DNA from: Peptococcaceae bacterium UBA5356
Lineage (GTDB): Bacteria > Bacillota > Peptococcia > DRI-13 > DTU073
Direction: 5' to 3'
Length of the DNA: 56,927 nt
Assembly: GCA_002407935.1 (NCBI GenBank)
Contig: DHPU01000066.1
Location: 1 to 56,927 of the forward strand
Position 1 is the stretch's first letter; the number at the start of each line of letters is the position of its first letter. Below the pieces are notes generated by a model, which was given only the letters and a program-made list of their open reading frames with translations, was not told where the DNA came from and did not search any database. Both the position numbers and the translations under genes were made by a program. Of the stretch, positions 30,694 through 39,983 are shown piece after piece.

Positions 30694-31824
30694 ATGCGGC
30701 TGTCTAAAATTGCCAAGAGTCTGGATTATGTTCTTTTGGGGGTTGTAGTGCTCATCCTTGTGATGGGCTTCTTTGTTTTGCAGAGTGCGACGGTTAATGC
30801 CAGTGCCAAATATAATGTTAATTTTGTACTGCGGCAGGCTGTCTGGGCCGGGATAGGGCTAGGTGCTTTTTGTTGTGTTCTGTTGGTTGATTATAGCAAA
30901 GTGTCTAAATATGGTGTGCCGATTTATGCACTCAATATCTTGCTCCTGGTGGCTACTTTAATCTATGGGGTGGAAACGAAGGGATCCCAAGCCTGGATCC
31001 CAATCGGATCATTTAGGTTTCAGCCGGCGGAAGTCGTGAAAGTTTTATTAATTCTGGGATTAGGGCAGTTTTTGGTGCCCAGAGTGGGTAAGTTAAACAC
31101 TTTTAAGGATCTAATTCCTGTTTTTATTTATGTAGCGATTCCTTTAGGGTTAATTTTACTGCAGCCGGATTTAGGGACAGGGTTAGTCTATGTGGCGATT
31201 ATGTTTGGGATGTTGTTGGCGGCCGGTGCCTCTCCTCTTTTGCTTTCTTTATTGATCGGCGGGGGAATCGGGTCAGTCAGTGTGGCTGTTTTTGGCCATT
31301 ACGCCTGGGGCTGGTGGCTGCCTTTGAAAAATTACCAATTAAACAGGTTGATTGCTTTTATTGATCCGATGCTTGATCCTCTTGAAGCGGGTTGGAATGT
31401 GATTCAGTCGCAGATTGCCGTTGGTTCGGGAGGACTTTGGGGTAAAGGCTGGGGCATGGGCTCGCAGAATATCAATAATTTTTTGCCTGAACAGTGGACA
31501 GATTTTATTTTTTGTGTCCTTGCGGAAGAGTGGGGTTTTATTGGAGCCGTTCTTTTACTGGGTTTATTCTTTATCTTGATTTATCGGGGAATTAGGATAG
31601 CCCGTAAAGCAAAAGATACTTATGGTGCCTTAATTGCGGTCGGGGTAATTTCCATGATTGTTTTTCATGTGATGCAGAATATTGGCATGACAATCGGTTT
31701 GATGCCGATTACAGGAATTCCGCTGCCTCTTGTTAGTTATGGAGGGAGTTCTTTGCTGGCAAATATGATTGCGTTAGGGCTGTTGATGAATGTTTATGTT
31801 TATCACGATGAACGGTTATTTTAA
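30694..31824 (+). CDS. rodA: SEDS-family peptidoglycan polymerase RodA (FtsW/RodA/SpoVE family)
   Basis: Polytopic protein with QPAEVVKV, PDLGT and PLPLVSYGGSS motifs. Start at ATG 30694. Confidence 0.88.
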   Translation: MRLSKIAKSLDYVLLGVVVLILVMGFFVLQSATVNASAKYNVNFVLRQAVWAGIGLGAFCCVLLVDYSKVSKYGVPIYALNILLLVATLIYGVETKGSQAWIPIGSFRFQPAEVVKVLLILGLGQFLVPRVGKLNTFKDLIPVFIYVAIPLGLILLQPDLGTGLVYVAIMFGMLLAAGASPLLLSLLIGGGIGSVSVAVFGHYAWGWWLPLKNYQLNRLIAFIDPMLDPLEAGWNVIQSQIAVGSGGLWGKGWGMGSQNINNFLPEQWTDFIFCVLAEEWGFIGAVLLLGLFFILIYRGIRIARKAKDTYGALIAVGVISMIVFHVMQNIGMTIGLMPITGIPLPLVSYGGSSLLANMIALGLLMNVYVYHDERLF

Positions 31825-31863
31825 GGGAATAGTAAAAATTATTAAGAATAAGGGGAGAGAAGG

Positions 31864-33072
31864 ATGATAAATAAGATGACAAAACTTAAATGCCTGTCAG
31901 TTATTTTTCTGGGACTATTTTTAGTGGTTGGTTGTCAGAATCAACAGTCGAATTCTCAAAATGGTACGCAACAAGCTATAAAATCGGATATCAATTCGGG
32001 ATTACTGTTAGGCTTAGCCAAAGATTCGGATGTTAATCAGGAATTAAGTGCTTTTGCCAAGAAGCCGGGGGAATATAAAACATTGTGGATTTACCAAAAT
32101 GGTAGCGAATTAACCTGCTTGGAGAAGCCCGAGGGGATTATTACTCCGGTTAAAGATAATCTTTGGAAACTGGAAAACAATAAATTTCATCTATCGGAAG
32201 CAAATGACACAGTAGATCCTGCTAATATTGCGGAGGAAGATCTTTTCTCCAAGTATAATTTCTATTATGATACTTCGAATATCGTCTCACACTTAGCCGG
32301 TGAAAAAGCACAAGATTTATATACAACGGAATCATTTAAAAAACAATTCAAGATTGGAGTAGAAGGAGAGATTAACAGCTATCAAGCAGGAATGGAATGG
32401 CTTTTGTTTGTCGGAAACAAATATGCGAGTATATTGGACTTTCAGTATCAGACCGGCGGGGGAAGCTTTAATAGCAGCTTTTACGATTTAAAGTTATGTA
32501 AGATCAGCAGTTTGAATAATTTAGAAAACCGCCGAAACTCGCACGTTAGATTGTTTAATCTGTTAGCCAAAGATGAGCAGGAAAAGTTATTAGCGTTAGC
32601 CTCAAAATACGATAAGATTATAACTTCTGAGGAGATGTACACGGAAGAGCAATATTTGGGTTTTGAAAAATTAACCTTAAAAAGGCAAGAGGGGAAATGG
32701 CTGGTCCAAGCTCCTTTGTACATAAGCTCAAGCCATTCCGGCAATGGGAGTCAAGGAGCTTATATCAAAGAATTTATTAGTACGGACATTAATGCACCTG
32801 AGATACTTACTTCGCACGATACTTTGTGTATTGACTGGGAGACTATCAAGCAAAAAATCCCACAGGCGAAAGATGCTGTTTCCTCACCGAATAATGATCT
32901 ATTAGCAGTCCTTACTGCAGAAGAGCTTTTGATTTATGCCCATCCTTCCGAGGAAATGGAGAAGCCCGATTTAAGCATTCCGGTAGATGAAGACGAACGA
33001 ATCATTCTAAATCAGTGGGCAACAGGTGAGGATGTAAAGAAGTGGAGCGAGCTTTTAGGGTCGGTAGATTAA
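31864..33072 (+). CDS. Lipoprotein of unknown function
   Basis: Signal peptide with lipobox LVVGC, then a Gln/Asn/Ser linker. No recognisable domain. Confidence 0.6.
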   Translation: MINKMTKLKCLSVIFLGLFLVVGCQNQQSNSQNGTQQAIKSDINSGLLLGLAKDSDVNQELSAFAKKPGEYKTLWIYQNGSELTCLEKPEGIITPVKDNLWKLENNKFHLSEANDTVDPANIAEEDLFSKYNFYYDTSNIVSHLAGEKAQDLYTTESFKKQFKIGVEGEINSYQAGMEWLLFVGNKYASILDFQYQTGGGSFNSSFYDLKLCKISSLNNLENRRNSHVRLFNLLAKDEQEKLLALASKYDKIITSEEMYTEEQYLGFEKLTLKRQEGKWLVQAPLYISSSHSGNGSQGAYIKEFISTDINAPEILTSHDTLCIDWETIKQKIPQAKDAVSSPNNDLLAVLTAEELLIYAHPSEEMEKPDLSIPVDEDERIILNQWATGEDVKKWSELLGSVD

Positions 33073-33075
33073 GGT

Positions 33076-33101
33076 AAAAAGGAGAAGATAGCTGGTGAAA
33101 A
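33076..33101 (+). repeat. 26-nt perfect direct repeat, copy 1 (intergenic)
   Basis: AAAAAGGAGAAGATAGCTGGTGAAAA is identical to 34391-34416. Confidence 0.95.
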
Positions 33102-33229
33102 TATGGATCTTTAGAAAAAGCAGGAACAAATCCTTACCATATTACGTCAAAGTTTTGTATAGATCTAAATTCCAACTATCATAGATATTAGTAGTCCAAA
33201 AATATAAAAACATGAAAGGTGGAAAAACG

Positions 33230-33877
33230 ATGAAGAAAATTAAAAGTTTTTTAATTGTTAGCATAACTTCATTGGCAGTAGTTTCTGCTACTGCATTGTA
33301 TTATAATGACTTTTTGAACATAAAAAGTAATAGACAGCCATCTCAAGTTATAAACATAAAGCATGATTGGAAAAATTATTCTTCAGTTGCCGATTTAGTA
33401 AGTGATGCAGATTTAATAGTCTGCGGCAAAGTTATTAGTGATAATAAACCTATTAAAAATGAACTTAAGGTAATAATTAACGAAGATTTACCGGAAGCTA
33501 AAAAAGAACAATATAAGAAAGAACTTAAATCTTACGAAATTGTTACAGAATCACAAATACAAATATCTAAGATTATTAAAGGCTCTAAGAATCAGGATGA
33601 TATAATTAGAATTCAACAAACAGGAGGGACCTACGAAAATATAACTGAAAATGTTGAAGATATTCGGTATCTTAAAAATGGTGAGGAGGCAATTTTCTTC
33701 CTATGTAAAACTGATGAGGCGGATATGTATGTACCAATAAATGCTCGGCAGAGCCACAACTATATTATTAGCGATAAAGTAATGTCAAATCCAAACGATG
33801 AATTGTTTATAAGTGAATTGAATACAGATGATTTTATAAAAGAAATCGAAGGTTTTGTCGGTCAGAGAGGACAGTAG
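33230..33877 (+). CDS. Secreted or membrane-anchored protein of unknown function in an AT-rich islet
   Basis: ATG 33230 after AGGTGG. N-terminal signal/anchor (KSFLIVSITSLAVVSATA). The sequence is visibly AT-richer than its neighbours. Confidence 0.6.
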   Translation: MKKIKSFLIVSITSLAVVSATALYYNDFLNIKSNRQPSQVINIKHDWKNYSSVADLVSDADLIVCGKVISDNKPIKNELKVIINEDLPEAKKEQYKKELKSYEIVTESQIQISKIIKGSKNQDDIIRIQQTGGTYENITENVEDIRYLKNGEEAIFFLCKTDEADMYVPINARQSHNYIISDKVMSNPNDELFISELNTDDFIKEIEGFVGQRGQ

Positions 33878-33913
33878 TGCAGATTTTCATCTACATATGT
33901 TGGTTCGGCAGTT

Positions 33914-36900
33914 TTAAGGTTGCCTAAGCTGTTGGGAGACGGAGACTAGGTAGAGCAGGGTCGGGGCGATAAAAAGCATAGAGGTGCCTGCTGCTACGAT
34001 TCCGGAGTCATTGACAGCTAGGATGATGAAGCTGCCGATTAGCCCGGTATAAAAGCCGGTTTGGAGATAGCGGTATTGGCCGAAAAGTTTTTGCAGCAGA
34101 CCGGGGGGCCTGTTAAAGATTAAGGCCAGAGCCCCTAAAAAGGTCAAGAAAACTCTGCTCCACAGGGAATAACGGATCAGTTTGAGGTTCATGCTTATTT
34201 TGCGGGCGAAGATCGGGAGGAGCGAAGCGGGGCCTTCGGCTTCGATTAAACGGGCGGTTTGGCCGATGTGCGACTGAGCTTCGAGCGGTCTATGCAGATC
34301 CCAAGCAAAAAGGAGGAGCAGAAGGACAAGGGTAATCATACCGGCAGCAGCCAAAAAACGGAAGGAGAGTTTTTGGCGGTATAACAGGGAAAAAAGGAGA
34401 AGATAGCTGGTGAAAAAGGTGATGGCACCGCCTACATTGGTACCAAATTGGGGAGCGGCAACAAGGATGATGAGAAAAAGGAAACATAATCCGGAGAGAG
34501 GGATAAACCAAGGATAGAGGCGGGAGCCTCTTTTTTCTTGGAGAATTTCCAGTAATAAGGTAAAGCCTAAGAGCGAGGAGCCTAGCAGAACACCGAGATA
34601 CTCGTTACCCAGGCCGTAATAACGGGCTCCGCTGATGGGGTCATATCCTAAGACAGAGCTTTGCATGAGCGGTGCGCCTAGGAGTAGATCAAGGGTGATC
34701 GCGAAGGCTGTGGCTAGGTAAAGAATGGTTAAGCGAGGAAGCAGGGTAGATTTTTTCCGAAAAAGTATAAATACGATGGCTGTAACCGCTAAGAGGAAAA
34801 GGACACGGAGTGATAATTGCTTAGTGGGCAGTAGAGGCAGAAGAAGAAAGGTTAGGGGGATGGAGGTTAGGGACAGCAGGAGGGTGCTTAGGGTCTGGTG
34901 TAATTTTTTGGTATTTTTCGCAAACAAGAAAAGGAAAAGGAGAGAAAACACCAAGATAATGAGCAGGAGGACGTATGTTTTGATAAGCAGGGGGCGTTGG
35001 GTGTAATTAGTTAGAAAAAGAGCCAGCTCTTGGTTGAGAAAAGATAAGGGTTGAGGATAAGGTGTGGTGAGAAGAGGAAAACCAGGAAAAAGAGGTTGTG
35101 AAGGAATTCCCCAATGTTTTAAGATGGTGGGAGCAATATCCAGATTAGTGATGATCCCTTTTCTTTTGGTACTGGCGGAGAATAACAGTTCATTTCCCGG
35201 CATTTTTGGCTGGTAATAGAGAACGGGGGTTAGGGAGTTACCCGCTGTTAGTTCTTCCTTGCTTGGAAAAGGGGTAAGGAGCAAGAGAGAAAGCTCTTTT
35301 TCTGCAGTTAAGTGTAATATTGAAGCTAAAAAGGAGTCCACTTCCGCAAGCAGTTTTTGGCGGCTTTCTTGGTAGATCTCCGGGGCAAGTTTGGGGGAGA
35401 GAGAGTCCAGTCTGGCGAGGTCTCCTAAATCCAGTAAAACTATGCCGTTCTCTTTTTGTTGCAAGAAAGCAACTGTTTGCCGATAGAGAAAAGCATAATT
35501 GGTAGTGTACACAGTAGGGGAAAAAGTACTAATGCCGGAAGTACGCTGATCGACAAAACCATGCCGGATTAAGCCTTTTTCATTCATAGCCATGAGGGCG
35601 GCGGGGCGGGATGCTTTCTCCGGCAAATCCTGATTACCTAAGAGGAGCAGGGGAATGTTGTTTTGCTGTAGTATTTCGCCAAGGAGACCGGGGCGTATTT
35701 CAGGTGGATTATTGTTTAAGATTTGCTGAAGATAGGGAACAAAAATGGCCTGCCGTGCTGTCGATGTCCCGGTATATCGGCCGAAAAACTCCGCGGCGGT
35801 GAGGTAGTTATGACTTATTTCTCCGTTCTGTAAAACTAGAGAGGCTTCTTCTAAACAAGCGGCTCTTTTTCCTGCGGAAAGTGACAAATAAGCACTGGTG
35901 ATTCTGCGTGGGCCGTTGTTTTGGGTATTCATCAGACCAACAGCCCCTTTTTGAGAGAGCCGGGTAAGAACGGGGCTATGGGGAATGTCGCGGAGAGAGA
36001 GCCCTGGAAGGAGCACGGTGATTAACCGGGACGGATTATTAGCGGATACTTGCTCAGCGGACAGTTCATGGTTAAACTGCGGTGTTGTGGTTGGTTGATG
36101 GTGAGGAAGGGTACTTTTTCCGCCGTAAATAACCAGAAAGAAGAAGATGAGATATAAGAAGCCGACTTTAATTAGCGTTTGTGGTCTTAGTTTCTGCCGA
36201 AAATGAACATGGTAAAAGATAATGCCCGCGGCAAGAAGGGCCAGAATACCACTGGCAAGAGCTAGAAAAGAAAGCTTCCAAGGGGTTAAGAGGATGCCCA
36301 GAGCAGGAATCACTGAGCTTTGAAACACCATTGCTCCGGTGATATTACCCAGGGCTAAGGTATCTTTACCTTGCCGTATCCAGACGATACTGTTAAATTT
36401 CTCGGGTAATTCTGTTGCAATGGGGGCGATGATGATCGCCAAAATAAAGGCCGGGATATGGAGGACGGCAGCAGTCCTAGCAATAGCCTTGACAAAATAG
36501 TTGGCCCCGATAATAATAGCGAGTAAAGCAACTGTAACTTGAAAGAGAATGATACTTAAAGGGGGTTGAGGGTTGCCTTTATTAAATAGTAAAGGCGCAA
36601 GCCTTGTTTCGTCTGAAGGTTTGCCTGATTTAACGGTGTGATAGACATAGTAAAGATAAATGAGAAGGAGAAAAAGGGCTACGAGGTGCTTAAGCTGGCG
36701 GAAGGGGAGGAAGGTAGCGGCGAGAGCGACAAAATAAACGAGGAGAAAGAACTGCAAATCCCGTGCGACGAGGTTTGTATTACAAAGCATATATTGACGG
36801 GGTTTCCCCTTTACCTTATAAAAGGTGGCCGCAATCCCGGTAATTAGCATCGCCAGAGTAGCCAACATCAAGGGAGCGCCCAAAATCGTTCCGATCCCGA

Positions 36901-37108
36901 TATGAGTTGCTTCTTTGCTGTTGCCAAAGCAGATGGCGATCACGGAAATTAATGTTTCGGGAAGAGCGGTTCCTACTGCGGCAAGAATACTTCCTACCGC
37001 TCCTTCTCCTAAACGGAGCTTTTTTCCCAGCCATTCAATACTGTTCGTAAATATTTCTGCTCCATAAAGAATGATCCCCAAGCTTAAAATTAAGGCAATG
37101 TAGGTCAT
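33914..37108 (-). CDS. 1064-aa fusion: N-terminal CaCA (Na+/Ca2+ exchanger, YrbG-like) domain, central alkaline-phosphatase-superfamily-like domain, C-terminal polytopic region
   Basis: Two alpha-repeats (GTALPE..GAP and ATELPE..GNITGAMVFQSS) in residues 1-330. The central soluble part ends in the sulfatase/AP-like motif GIITNLDIAPTILKHWGIP. About 10 further hydrophobic helices contain RYYGLGNEYLG. Confidence 0.7.
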   Translation of the reverse strand: MTYIALILSLGIILYGAEIFTNSIEWLGKKLRLGEGAVGSILAAVGTALPETLISVIAICFGNSKEATHIGIGTILGAPLMLATLAMLITGIAATFYKVKGKPRQYMLCNTNLVARDLQFFLLVYFVALAATFLPFRQLKHLVALFLLLIYLYYVYHTVKSGKPSDETRLAPLLFNKGNPQPPLSIILFQVTVALLAIIIGANYFVKAIARTAAVLHIPAFILAIIIAPIATELPEKFNSIVWIRQGKDTLALGNITGAMVFQSSVIPALGILLTPWKLSFLALASGILALLAAGIIFYHVHFRQKLRPQTLIKVGFLYLIFFFLVIYGGKSTLPHHQPTTTPQFNHELSAEQVSANNPSRLITVLLPGLSLRDIPHSPVLTRLSQKGAVGLMNTQNNGPRRITSAYLSLSAGKRAACLEEASLVLQNGEISHNYLTAAEFFGRYTGTSTARQAIFVPYLQQILNNNPPEIRPGLLGEILQQNNIPLLLLGNQDLPEKASRPAALMAMNEKGLIRHGFVDQRTSGISTFSPTVYTTNYAFLYRQTVAFLQQKENGIVLLDLGDLARLDSLSPKLAPEIYQESRQKLLAEVDSFLASILHLTAEKELSLLLLTPFPSKEELTAGNSLTPVLYYQPKMPGNELLFSASTKRKGIITNLDIAPTILKHWGIPSQPLFPGFPLLTTPYPQPLSFLNQELALFLTNYTQRPLLIKTYVLLLIILVFSLLFLFLFAKNTKKLHQTLSTLLLSLTSIPLTFLLLPLLPTKQLSLRVLFLLAVTAIVFILFRKKSTLLPRLTILYLATAFAITLDLLLGAPLMQSSVLGYDPISGARYYGLGNEYLGVLLGSSLLGFTLLLEILQEKRGSRLYPWFIPLSGLCFLFLIILVAAPQFGTNVGGAITFFTSYLLLFSLLYRQKLSFRFLAAAGMITLVLLLLLFAWDLHRPLEAQSHIGQTARLIEAEGPASLLPIFARKISMNLKLIRYSLWSRVFLTFLGALALIFNRPPGLLQKLFGQYRYLQTGFYTGLIGSFIILAVNDSGIVAAGTSMLFIAPTLLYLVSVSQQLRQP
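34391..34416 (+). repeat. 26-nt perfect direct repeat, copy 2 (inside the fusion gene, antisense to its mRNA)
   Basis: Identical to 33076-33101. On the minus strand it encodes ..FTSYLLLF... Confidence 0.95.
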
Positions 37109-37218
37109 GGAACCCTCCTTTTCATCATTTAATGTTCCCTATGCTGATTAAAATATTAAGTACATCCGGTCTAGAAATATGATATTATTATTTTGATGTC
37201 AGGTTAGGAGGGAGCAAA

Positions 37219-37683
37219 ATGTTCGTGTCCTTATTCTTAGGTATCCCGCTATTGTTTATTGTGATAATTGCTTTTACGGTTATGGCAGCTAAAAGAGAAT
37301 CGGAAAAAGGAGGTGAAGATGTGATTAAAAATGTTTATTTTTATTTGGTGTTATTTGTGACCTTGATGATGACTATTGGGGGAAGTGTAGGGGTATTCAT
37401 GGCCGTAGCAGATATCGTTTCGCCTGCCCCATATTATCAATCCTTTGAGGATTATAAGTATTCGGGGAGGTTTGATAAGCCTGCTGTAGACAAAGAAGTT
37501 ACCGAAAAAGATCAACTTTCCGAAGAAGAATTACAAGAAAGATATACTACGATGGTTACAGCAGAAAAGGAAAGACAGATTAATCGAGCTAAAAATACGC
37601 TGATTAAGAGTTTTGGCTGGATTATAATTCCTTTCCCGATTTTTCTGTATTGTCAACGGCGATTGTTTAAGAAAGAAGCATAA
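37219..37683 (+). CDS. Membrane protein of unknown function
   Basis: Two to three hydrophobic helices around a charged central segment. Followed by a strong terminator. Confidence 0.55.
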   Translation: MFVSLFLGIPLLFIVIIAFTVMAAKRESEKGGEDVIKNVYFYLVLFVTLMMTIGGSVGVFMAVADIVSPAPYYQSFEDYKYSGRFDKPAVDKEVTEKDQLSEEELQERYTTMVTAEKERQINRAKNTLIKSFGWIIIPFPIFLYCQRRLFKKEA

Positions 37684-37695
37684 TTTTACTTAAGC

Positions 37696-37737
37696 AAAAA
37701 GGTCTTTGTTAATGTTTGGATTAACAAAGACCTTTTT
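37696..37737 (+). terminator. Intrinsic terminator
   Basis: AAAAAGGTCTTTGTTAA-N8-TTAACAAAGACCTTTTT, a perfect 17-bp stem with a T-tract. Confidence 0.85.
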
Positions 37738-37832
37738 CGTTATGTGGTATTGAAATCCCATTAATTGATGACTTTATTTAAAGATAGATAATTGGTATGA
37801 TAAGAAGGAATGATTTTTTCGGAGGGGATAGT

Positions 37833-39533
37833 ATGGCGATTGCACCTTTAAGCAGAAGAAATAGAACGAAAAATCAACCTGAGCTTAACGGGAAGCTGGT
37901 AATTTCCCTTTTCTTGGCCTTTTTCCTGGTACTTTTACTCTATTTCGCACCGGGCTTTTTCTATAAACCATTACATAGTACAAAGGATGTACAGCTTTAC
38001 TATATGGGGACACAAACGGGGGAAAAAGCGTTGTATCAAGAGGAGATGTTGTATCTTCCGTTTACGTTTGTCAGTAAGTATTTAGATTCATCTATAAAAA
38101 TGGATGAGCAAAATAAAACAGTGATTATTACGACCGCGCAGAATGTTTTTCATTTTCCGATAGGCATTAAGGAAGGTTTATTAAATTTGGAACCATATGA
38201 ATTTACTTATCCGGTCTGGGAAGATGAGGGAGAGGTTTATCTGGCGGTGGATCCCTTAAAGGAGCTTTATCATTTGGAGATCCAAGCTAATCAGGAGCAA
38301 AATTTCGTGTGTATCTATGATGTACAAGAACCGGTACAAATGGGCAAGGTGATTAGAGCTAGTAAACTGCGGGCAGCACCCGGCCAACGTTCCGCTTGGG
38401 TCAGTAAGGTCAGTTCGGGTGAAGAAGTAAGAATATTAAGGGAAGAAAAGGGTTGGTATTGGCTCGAAACTACCGAAGGGAAGGCGGGCTATTTAGCGAA
38501 GAGTAATGTCGTATTAGGGGAAATTAAGCTGAGCGAGATTACCAAGGAGGTATATCAGCCGTGGAATCCTTTAGGCAGCCCCATTATTTTAACTTGGGAG
38601 TATGTCGGACAGGCTACGGCCAGCCCTGAGAGGATTGGGGAACTAGAAGGGGTTCAGGTCTTTTCTCCTACTTGGTTCCAATTGCAACAGAATGGGGTGG
38701 TCTTAAATAAGGCTGATAAAAGATTAGTAGATTGGGCTCATAGTAAGGGTCAACAGGTTTGGGGACTTTTTTCTAATAGTTTTAATCCGGCTTTAACACA
38801 GGAGTTTTTAGGGAACAGCAACTTGAGAATTAAGGCGATAAAGCAGTTGTTGAGTTATGTAGACCTGTATCAGCTAGACGGGATTAATTTAGATTTTGAA
38901 AATATGTATTTACAGGACAAAGAGGCTTTTGTGGGTTTTGTACGGGAACTAGCCCCCTTATTACATGAAAAAGGGCGGCTGTTATCGATTGATGTAACTT
39001 TCCATTCCCAAAGTGAAACCTGGTCGATGTGTTATGATCGTAAAAAATTGGCCGCAGCCGCCGATTATTTGTTAGTGATGGGTTATGATGAATATGGTGG
39101 AGGCAGTTCTATGGCGGGTTCGGTTTCCTCTCTTCCTTGGGTGGAAAAAGGATTGCAAAAGCTCTTGCAGGAAGTATCTTCGGATAAAGTAATTTTAGGA
39201 ATTCCTTTTTATACGCGTGTCTGGACGGAAAAAACAAGTGCAGATGGGCAGAAAAAGGTTACTTCAAAGGCACTTTCTTTAAAAGCGGCCGAAACCTGGC
39301 TTAAGGAAAAAGGAGCAGTCGTGACCTTTGATGAAAAAACAGGACAAAATTATGCGGAAGTAAAGGAAGAAGGGGCAGTTTTGCGGATGTGGCTGGAGGA
39401 CGATTATTCTTTAGAAAAACGGATTGAATTAATGAAGAAATATCGGCTGGCTGGTTTGGCGAGCTGGCGCAGGGGCTTTGAGAAGGAGGATACTTGGACG
39501 GCAATTTCTAGATTGGTACAGAAGGCGTGGTAG
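37833..39533 (+). CDS. Glycoside hydrolase family 18 protein with TM anchor and SH3-like domain (YaaH/YdhD-like spore peptidoglycan hydrolase type)
   Basis: GH18 catalytic motif DGINLDFE. SH3b-like segment (LRAAPGQRSAWVSKVSSGEEVRILREEKGWYWLET). ATG 37833 after GGAGGGG. Confidence 0.8.
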   Translation: MAIAPLSRRNRTKNQPELNGKLVISLFLAFFLVLLLYFAPGFFYKPLHSTKDVQLYYMGTQTGEKALYQEEMLYLPFTFVSKYLDSSIKMDEQNKTVIITTAQNVFHFPIGIKEGLLNLEPYEFTYPVWEDEGEVYLAVDPLKELYHLEIQANQEQNFVCIYDVQEPVQMGKVIRASKLRAAPGQRSAWVSKVSSGEEVRILREEKGWYWLETTEGKAGYLAKSNVVLGEIKLSEITKEVYQPWNPLGSPIILTWEYVGQATASPERIGELEGVQVFSPTWFQLQQNGVVLNKADKRLVDWAHSKGQQVWGLFSNSFNPALTQEFLGNSNLRIKAIKQLLSYVDLYQLDGINLDFENMYLQDKEAFVGFVRELAPLLHEKGRLLSIDVTFHSQSETWSMCYDRKKLAAAADYLLVMGYDEYGGGSSMAGSVSSLPWVEKGLQKLLQEVSSDKVILGIPFYTRVWTEKTSADGQKKVTSKALSLKAAETWLKEKGAVVTFDEKTGQNYAEVKEEGAVLRMWLEDDYSLEKRIELMKKYRLAGLASWRRGFEKEDTWTAISRLVQKAW

Positions 39534-39639
39534 TAAAGGCGGTATGAGTACGGCAGAAGCACTGTTTAAGCACTGTATAAAATGAGGGTAGTTGGGAAAA
39601 CCTTCTAAAGTAAATTCATAGAAAGGTGGGGTTATTTTA

Positions 39640-39828
39640 ATGAAGGTGAAAGTTGATTCTGAGTTATGTATTGCTTGTGGTGCTTGTGTAAGTTTGGTTC
39701 CGGAGGTGTATGATTGGGATGATAACGGCAAAGCCATGGCGCTGGAGGATGAGGTACCGGCGGACATGGAGGATGAGGTAAAGGAGGCTTTAGGAAGTTG
39801 CCCTACAGAAGCAATTGAAGAGATATGA
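39640..39828 (+). CDS. Small 4Fe-4S (single-cluster) ferredoxin
   Basis: 62 aa. CIACGAC..C(P) cluster ligands (C-x2-C-x2-C ... CP). Confidence 0.85.
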   Translation: MKVKVDSELCIACGACVSLVPEVYDWDDNGKAMALEDEVPADMEDEVKEALGSCPTEAIEEI

Positions 39829-39909
39829 TGATATTTTTGTTTGATAGTAAAGGGTTTTCCGGTGAGGAAAGCGAATACTAATTATTAAACAGTAAACACA
39901 TCAGGGCAC

Positions 39910-39937
39910 TTGACAATAATTATCCATACACTATAAT
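39910..39937 (+). promoter_or_regulatory. Sigma-A type promoter upstream of mecA
   Basis: TTGACA (39910-39915), 16 nt, TATAAT (39932-39937). Confidence 0.6.
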
Positions 39938-39983
39938 GGTGTTACGTTACCTCCAACCCAGAGGAGATAGAGGAGGTGGGCTT

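Noticed and set aside
33095-33181. 28-codon ORF (GTG start) beginning inside copy 1 of the 26-nt repeat, behind its AAGGAG.
   Set aside because: It is very short, its basic low-complexity product is unconvincing, and there is no support beyond an RBS-like string that is part of the repeat. It is mentioned only as a possibility under the repeat finding.
33076-34416. The 26-nt repeat read as a target-site duplication of a transposon.
   Set aside because: 26 nt is far longer than known TSDs. No transposase or terminal inverted repeats lie between the copies, and the right part of the interval is normal host-like coding sequence.
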